Assembly: GCA_043800255.1 (NCBI GenBank)
Contig: JAZDNF010000013.1
Span: 128,001-192,000 of the forward strand
Origin: Candidatus Altiarchaeota archaeon
GTDB taxonomy: Archaea; Altiarchaeota; Altiarchaeia; IMC4; SCGC-AAA252-I15
Direction: 5' to 3'
DNA: 64,000 nt
The position numbers and the translations under genes were made by a program. Positions within the stretch are counted from its first letter, which is position 1; each line of letters starts with the position of its first letter. The notes under the pieces are model-generated. The model was given only the letters and a program-made list of their open reading frames with translations. It did not search any database and had not been told where the DNA came from. Positions 58,395 to 64,000 of this stretch are shown here, piece after piece.

Positions 58395-58469
58395 GTTAAA
58401 ACATTCCTATTTGCGCTTTATATCTGCTTCTGCAAGCGGGGGTATTTAACAGGTCGGACAATATCATAA

Positions 58470-58910
58470 ATGAGGATGAACGTCAGGAAGGCGAGAAAGA
58501 AGGACCTCGGACAGCTTATCCAGCTCCTGAACCAGCTGACGCAGGATGAGAGCCCGTCAGTAGACTATGGGAGAGCATACGACGAAATCACAAACTATCC
58601 GAACTATCACATGTTCGTCCTGGAGGATGGGAATGAGCTGGTAGCGACTGTTGCTCTGGTCATCATGCCTGGGCTCGCTCACGGGGCAAGACACTGGGCC
58701 ATGATAGAGAACGTAATCGTTGATGAGAAGCACAGGAGAAAAGGCTACGGGAGAAAACTGATAGAGCATGCTATAGAAGTCGCGAAAGGATTCAACTGCC
58801 ATAAGATAGTGCTGATCAGCAAATTCTTCAGGAAGGAGGCCCACCAGTTCTACGAGTCCGTGGGTTTTGAGAAGGAGGCCTACGGATTTGGATACGCTAA
58901 AGACCTCTGA
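58470..58910 (+). CDS. GNAT N-acetyltransferase (GNA1-like)
   Basis: IENVIVDEKHRRKGYG..LI, AHQFYE..GF; TATTTAA at 58443-49. Confidence 0.9.
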   Translation: MRMNVRKARKKDLGQLIQLLNQLTQDESPSVDYGRAYDEITNYPNYHMFVLEDGNELVATVALVIMPGLAHGARHWAMIENVIVDEKHRRKGYGRKLIEHAIEVAKGFNCHKIVLISKFFRKEAHQFYESVGFEKEAYGFGYAKDL

Positions 58911-59691
58911 CTTCAACAGACTTCAGCCTCCCGTGCCTGTCAGCTATTGAGGTGCAGACTATGTTCAACGCCTGCTCGACCGCAGGCTGATTCAAGCCGG
59001 TTATCTCAACGAATATGTTCTCAGTGTCGGCTGACACCCTCGTGAGCTCGCCGTTTATTATCGGCGGAAAGGAGAGAACCTGGCCGGCGCTGTCCACAAT
59101 CAACGGGTACTTTTCCAAACCCCTGAGAGCCCATGCATAGGCCCGCCCCTTCGGATGGTTTATGAGTATCTGGGAAAGGTTCAACTCCTTAGGCATGTCC
59201 AAAGGCACAAAGGAGACTGAGTCAGGCTTCACAGCCGTATAGTAGTAGGGCGGTTTCAGCCGCCGGGAATCGTGAACTCCGATAGCTACCCTCCTCCTGT
59301 CCCTCCCATGGGTGAGGTGAAGCTTCTCCTGCATGTTCATCAGCGAGATTAGCTGAGGCTCGTCTATCACGACATCCTCTATGACAGCGCATGCTATGCA
59401 TGGCCTGACCGTTTTAACGCTCGCCTCGACGTTCAACACGACATTGGATCTTAGGACAGGATAGGATACGCCGCCCACCTGAAGGCCTAGGAAACCCTTA
59501 AGCGCCCTGGAGAACCCCTCAACGCTGAGGAGGTCAGTCCTGTTGGGGAAAACCTCCATGACGAGTGTAGTTTCGTCAATACGCTCAAGCCCGACACCAA
59601 GCATAGGAATGACATCCTTAAGCTCTGCCGGCTTGAATGGCCTGCCGAGGAGAGTGCAAACTTCCCGGAAATTGAACTCGACTGTAGGCAT
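58897..59691 (-). CDS. pheT: Phenylalanyl-tRNA synthetase beta subunit, N-terminal half only (through the B3/4 editing domain)
   Basis: MPTV, PNR.DLLSVEG..RAL, VRP.I, QEKLH.T.GR.R...AIG.HD, SFPPIIN, IFVEITG; only 264 aa. Confidence 0.85.
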   Translation of the reverse strand: MPTVEFNFREVCTLLGRPFKPAELKDVIPMLGVGLERIDETTLVMEVFPNRTDLLSVEGFSRALKGFLGLQVGGVSYPVLRSNVVLNVEASVKTVRPCIACAVIEDVVIDEPQLISLMNMQEKLHLTHGRDRRRVAIGVHDSRRLKPPYYYTAVKPDSVSFVPLDMPKELNLSQILINHPKGRAYAWALRGLEKYPLIVDSAGQVLSFPPIINGELTRVSADTENIFVEITGLNQPAVEQALNIVCTSIADRHGRLKSVEVRGL

Positions 59692-59735
59692 TTTTTAAAC
59701 AAAACAGCTATAATCTCTTAAACACGGTGGTATAA

Positions 59736-60128
59736 ATGTATGTCATAATTGCTGGCGGCGGGACGATGGGCAGGGAAATCGCGAGAGCCCTGCCAGACCA
59801 TGAGATTGTTATAGTCGAGAAGAATCGTGAAGTCTGCGAGAGAGACACGAAAGAGCTTAACGCGACCATAGTCAACGGCGACTGCACGAGGATACATGTG
59901 ATGGAGGAGGCTGAGTTCGACAAGGCTGACGCCGTGATCGCTGTCACAAACAGCGACGAAGTCAACCTGCTGGTTGCGCTCTACGCGAAGAAGAAGAAAA
60001 AGCACGTCATAGTCAGGGTCAAGGAGCCAGAATACACGCAACTCTTCGAGGAGTTGGGAATAAAGGACATAATCTCCCCTGAAAGGCGGGCTGCCATGGA
60101 CATCGCCAACAAGGTAGTCTGGAAGTAG
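59736..60128 (+). CDS. trkA: TrkA-N (single RCK domain) potassium transport regulator
   Basis: IIAGGGTMG, GD.T....EEA....AD..IAVT.SDE.N, ISPE. Confidence 0.85.
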   Translation: MYVIIAGGGTMGREIARALPDHEIVIVEKNREVCERDTKELNATIVNGDCTRIHVMEEAEFDKADAVIAVTNSDEVNLLVALYAKKKKKHVIVRVKEPEYTQLFEELGIKDIISPERRAAMDIANKVVWK

Positions 60129-60236
60129 CGGCAGCTCAAACGCTAAAATCCAGGAGGGCACACACTTTCTTTAAGGCTTTTGGAACCATAGGATTATAGG
60201 ATGTGAGGAGACTAACAGCCCTAAAGAGATTCCAAG

Positions 60237-61736
60237 ATGAGAACACTGATTTTTGAAGATGTTGGTATTTCTCTGCGGGAGATTACCGAGGTTTTTCAGT
60301 TGATGGCGATTGTAATGCTCCTGCCGATTCTTGCGACCTTTTACTATGCACCAGTCCATAATATGGTTTCGTTGCTTAAGGCTAGTTCTGCCTTCGTCAT
60401 ACCCTCCATCGTATTCTACTTGATATACTTGTGCCTGCGGGCAGGTATACGCACAGAAAGAGAGGCCAAAGTTAAACATGCGCTCATAGGCGTTGTCATT
60501 ATCTGGATAGTCGCACCATTTGTCGGCGGCTTTCCCTACTATATCCGCGGAGTACTCGACTTAACAAGCTCCTTTTTTGAGAGCATGAGCGGTTGGACGA
60601 CAACAGGTCTGACTATGGTAGAGTATCCGGAGAACCTGTTCGGCGGTAACGAGGACATGCTATTTTATCGCAGTCTGACCCACTTAGTTGGCGGCATCGG
60701 CATAATCGCCCTCGGACTCCTGTTCTTAGTAAGAGACGCTCCGGTTGCCGCAGCTTATTACGCCTCTGAGAAAGGAGACCAACGCCTAAGGCCTGGATTG
60801 AAAGGCACCGCCGGAGAGGTGTGGAAGATTTACATGATGTACACGTTCGCCGGCATAATGCTGTTGTATCTTGTGGGCATGCCGTTTTTTGAAGCGATAA
60901 ACCATTCGTTTGCGGCGATAGCGACTGGCGGGCTTTCGCCATACTCTGATTCCATTGGACACTATAACAGCTTTGCTGTCGAGGTGGTCACCATGCTTAT
61001 CATGCTGGCTGGCGCGACGAGCTTCATCGTCCACTATCAGATATTCAACGGGAACTACAGGAAACTGTTCGGTAACATTGAGATTAGGTATATGATGTTT
61101 TTCCTTGTAGTGTCAACAGCGGCGCTTATATTCTACTTCTCAGCATCTGATGCGATGGACAGCATGAACGTGCACTCGCCGTATGACGTGTTCCGCAAGA
61201 GTATATATCAGGTTGTTTCATGCATGACCACTACAGGTTTTTCGACCACTAACGTAGAGCACTGGCCGCCTTTTGCGCTGACAATACTGATGATATTGAT
61301 GTACGTGGGGGCCTCATATGCTTCAACAGGCGGTGCGCTCAAGATACTGAGATTTGCCATCGTGGTCGCCACCATAAAAAAAATGCTGAAGAGGATGGTA
61401 CTCCCAAAGAATGCGGTCTGTCTGACTAGAGTAGCTGGTAGAACCATAAGCGATAAGGAATCTCTGGAAGCGCTGGCTCTTGCTGCGGCATTCTTGGTAT
61501 TCGCTATACTTGGCGCCATGGTGCTCATGCTAGTCTGCGGATATACTGGATACGAGAGCCTGACGACATCATTCTCAGCCATAGGCAACGTCGGCATGGG
61601 ATTCATCACAGGCGCCAGATGGTATGATATGCCTATGATCGGAAAAAACACAATCACTACTCTGATGTTTCTCGGCAGAATCGAAATATTCCCGGCTCTG
61701 ATAGTATTCAAATCATTTTTCGAGAAGAGAGGGTAA
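60237..61736 (+). CDS. trkH: TrkH potassium uptake membrane protein
   Basis: FES.SGWTTTG, ATGG, TTTGF, STGG, S..GNVG, GR.EI pore motifs. Confidence 0.92.
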   Translation: MRTLIFEDVGISLREITEVFQLMAIVMLLPILATFYYAPVHNMVSLLKASSAFVIPSIVFYLIYLCLRAGIRTEREAKVKHALIGVVIIWIVAPFVGGFPYYIRGVLDLTSSFFESMSGWTTTGLTMVEYPENLFGGNEDMLFYRSLTHLVGGIGIIALGLLFLVRDAPVAAAYYASEKGDQRLRPGLKGTAGEVWKIYMMYTFAGIMLLYLVGMPFFEAINHSFAAIATGGLSPYSDSIGHYNSFAVEVVTMLIMLAGATSFIVHYQIFNGNYRKLFGNIEIRYMMFFLVVSTAALIFYFSASDAMDSMNVHSPYDVFRKSIYQVVSCMTTTGFSTTNVEHWPPFALTILMILMYVGASYASTGGALKILRFAIVVATIKKMLKRMVLPKNAVCLTRVAGRTISDKESLEALALAAAFLVFAILGAMVLMLVCGYTGYESLTTSFSAIGNVGMGFITGARWYDMPMIGKNTITTLMFLGRIEIFPALIVFKSFFEKRG

Positions 61737-61767
61737 AATTAGGTAGAGCGGATGCGCATCATTTGAG

Positions 61768-63039
61768 TCAACTGTAGTCTGTAATCCTCCTTTGGCGGAG
61801 TATTTCGCTTTTCTCGACGTAGTTGCACAGAGGGATCTTAAGCCGCGTGCTGATGTCGTCCAACGCTTCCCGGAGGGTGTTAAACCGTTTAGGCCTCTTC
61901 TCGAATGCCTTGCGGACGTTCTCCCTCACCTCCCACACGCCGACAGGCATCACATAGCCTTCATAGATTTCCCTGAATATGACGACGCGGGCCTGGCGCA
62001 TCATCCTGCTCAATGCTTCGACAACGCCGAAGCGGCCGGCATAGTATCCGCCTCCCTCGTTTATGGCGTAATCGGTGCGGCCCTCATGCCGCTCGTGCTC
62101 CTCTATTATCGTTGGCATGCTATGGGACATCGTCCACAGCGTTTCCGGAGCCCAAGCCTCGAACTGCTCGAACTCCCAAGCACCAGGCATCAGCAGTATC
62201 TCGAAATGGTTCTCAAGATACTGGTTGGAATAGACAAGATAATCGCTTAGGGAGGGGTAGGTTCTGACAGACTTCAGGAGTTCCTTGGTGAGTATGTCGT
62301 CCACGGCAGTTATGCTCCACCTTGTCGGGACAAGCCTTTTGCCAGTTGGCATGCCAAGGGCGCCGGAAGAGAGAGCCCTCGTCAGGTAATAGACGTCATA
62401 GCCTTTGTCAAAGAGCAGGGATAGCATGTCAGACGCTCTGATCTCGTCGCCCACAACATATTCGACATTTGCGGGAATCCTGGGATTGTCAGCTATCTTG
62501 AAGCTGTCAAGAACGCCTGACGGGCCCATAGGCTGGCTTATCGGGGAAAAGCTCATCGAATACGTGGGCTGGCGCTTGAAGTGGGTTTCCACGTCAACAG
62601 GTTTCACAGACAATGCGATCTCCTGATTGTCTGAGACGAACCTGCCATGGTTTCTGACGTTCACAGGAGACTTGCTCCTGACGAGCATGGACCTCATCAG
62701 CAGTATGTCGTCGAATCCCATCCCATACCAGCTGGCAGGGTCGTCCAGCAGGGAAGCGTTGTTACTCTCGACAGAGGTCATCGGCCCTACGAAGACGTCC
62801 GGATAGTTCCTCCAGCCTACGAAGATGCTTGGGGAGGGGCCGAACATGTCCTGCTTCAGCTTGCCCTCGAACGGATTCTGCAATCTCACCTTCTCCAGCA
62901 GCGGGCAGTATGACATGCCGCACATGAGGCGGCCGCCTTTACATGTGAGACAAAGAGCCCGGGACATGGGCCTGGCCTTCGCCATCTGCCTCATGATCTG
63001 ACAGCGGGGGCTCTCCCACGACTGATACTTGGCCGGCAT
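61768..63039 (-). CDS. nreA: Nre family DNA repair protein (PCNA-interacting)
   Basis: C..CKG...CG...CP zinc motif, FVG...YP.V, LVPTRWSITAVD, GGYYA.R, VGVW.VRE, C-terminal PIP box QRRITDY. Confidence 0.88.
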   Translation of the reverse strand: MPAKYQSWESPRCQIMRQMAKARPMSRALCLTCKGGRLMCGMSYCPLLEKVRLQNPFEGKLKQDMFGPSPSIFVGWRNYPDVFVGPMTSVESNNASLLDDPASWYGMGFDDILLMRSMLVRSKSPVNVRNHGRFVSDNQEIALSVKPVDVETHFKRQPTYSMSFSPISQPMGPSGVLDSFKIADNPRIPANVEYVVGDEIRASDMLSLLFDKGYDVYYLTRALSSGALGMPTGKRLVPTRWSITAVDDILTKELLKSVRTYPSLSDYLVYSNQYLENHFEILLMPGAWEFEQFEAWAPETLWTMSHSMPTIIEEHERHEGRTDYAINEGGGYYAGRFGVVEALSRMMRQARVVIFREIYEGYVMPVGVWEVRENVRKAFEKRPKRFNTLREALDDISTRLKIPLCNYVEKSEILRQRRITDYS

Positions 63040-63070
63040 TTTTTAATGGACGTTGTTTATATATTAGGCG

Positions 63071-63301
63071 ATGGACATCAAAAAGAAAGTTGAGAGTGCG
63101 TTGGAAAAGATACGGCCGATGCTGCAGATGGACGGCGGAGACATTGAACTGGTCGGCATAGAAGGAAACACCGTAAAAGTGAAGCTGAGGGGAGCCTGCC
63201 ACGGGTGCCCGATGAGCCAGATGACACTACAGCATGGGGTGGAGAAGGCCATAAAGGAGGCGGTGCCCCAGATAGAGAAGGTCGTTTCAGTGGCAGATTA
63301 A
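63071..63301 (+). CDS. NifU C-terminal/NfuA-like Fe-S carrier
   Basis: IRP.LQ.DGGD.EL, GACHGCP.S..TL..GVE. Confidence 0.92.
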   Translation: MDIKKKVESALEKIRPMLQMDGGDIELVGIEGNTVKVKLRGACHGCPMSQMTLQHGVEKAIKEAVPQIEKVVSVAD

Positions 63302-63302
63302 A

Positions 63303-64000
63303 ATGCAGATTCTTGGGCCGCAGATAACAAATCTGCTGGGGCAGGGGCTGGTCATAATAGGAGGCCTGGTGCTGTTTTTGAGCATCATAGGGGCGCTCGG
63401 CGTTTACGTGTTCTGGAAGACGAGGAGGATATTCATACCAAGGATAACCCTCTTCCTAGTGTCAGAGTTCGAGGCTTTCGTGAAGCCGATAACCGGCCTG
63501 CTCAACATAAGAGGCGACTTCGTGGACAACATGATAACCCACTTGAGGAACGTCATATACAGGAAGGACTTCTCAGGGACTCCATTACATCAGAGGGCCG
63601 TGTTCCTCCCCCAGTGCCTCAGGCATCCGGAATGCCCGGCGACGCTGTCTACTGAGGGTATAAAGTGCATAAACTGCGGAAGGTGCGGCATAGGCGCAAT
63701 AAAGGAGGAGGCTGAGAGGCTTGGATACCTGTTCTTCATCTCCCCAGGATCCAGCCTTGTGAAGAGGATGGTGGCGAAATACAGGCCGAAAGCGGTTCTC
63801 GGCGTCGGATGCGTGATGGAGATAAAGGAGGGCACCTCGGCGATGGAGCACGCGGGGATAACGTCGCAGGCTGTTGCGCTCTCGAAGGACGGCTGCGTTG
63901 ACACGAGAGTCGACGTAAGAAAGCTGATGAATAAGCTATACTCTGGGATCGAAGTGGTCGACCCTGACTACAACAGGAGGATAGAGGAGATAAACAACAG
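63303..64000 (+). CDS. DUF116 family protein (partial, runs off the right edge)
   Basis: Read by hand from ATG 63303: N-terminal TM, FLPQCLR...CPA.....G.KC..CG.C.IG, PG.S, GVGC..E. Confidence 0.85.
   Translation, partial: MQILGPQITNLLGQGLVIIGGLVLFLSIIGALGVYVFWKTRRIFIPRITLFLVSEFEAFVKPITGLLNIRGDFVDNMITHLRNVIYRKDFSGTPLHQRAVFLPQCLRHPECPATLSTEGIKCINCGRCGIGAIKEEAERLGYLFFISPGSSLVKRMVAKYRPKAVLGVGCVMEIKEGTSAMEHAGITSQAVALSKDGCVDTRVDVRKLMNKLYSGIEVVDPDYNRRIEEINN

Noticed and set aside
63585-63904. Two minus-strand ORFs at the right end
   Set aside because: Antisense to the DUF116 gene from 63303, which the ORF track omits because its stop is outside the window.
1-64000. tRNA, rRNA, integrase or transposase genes
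   Set aside because: None recognised by eye in the ORFs or short intergenic gaps; a covariance-model scan is needed to exclude small RNAs.

Overview
Archaeal chromosomal window. The archaeal call rests on an Nre protein with a PIP box, an archaeal-type PheT, DUF116, DUF1616, an Lhr/MPE pair, TATA boxes about 25-30 nt before ATGs and GGTGA-type RBSs; Altiarchaeota/DPANN-like is only a guess. Positions 1-25245 form an AT-rich, single-strand, tightly coupled glycan island. It encodes a NeuA/NeuB/PseG/DegT nonulosonic-acid pathway, an ACP/AcpS/adenylation/GNAT acylation module with PdxA, IMPase and VOC enzymes, three radical SAM enzymes, a flippase, and a second ulosonate module (KdsB, HMGL-aldolase fusion, HpcH, HAD) containing an LdpA-family Fe-S protein. 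Positions 25.4-40.4 kb hold membrane glycosylation genes (GT-C-like proteins, GT2, GT4, flippase) interspersed with AAA_14-DUF4143 and an AbiE toxin-antitoxin pair, plus palindrome/operator-like arrays and a gene remnant. Next come a G3PDH-like oxidoreductase trio and a secreted surface-protein operon. In that operon one CARDB domain appears split between two genes by a 1500-bp in-frame cassette bounded by a 9-bp direct repeat. The right end carries MNT-HEPN, argC, lhr-MPE, an unusual tandem AAA ATPase, GNAT, a truncated pheT, trkA/trkH, nre, nifU and DUF116. I recognised no rRNA, tRNA, CRISPR array, integrase or transposase. All family calls come from motif recognition by eye, not from database searches.
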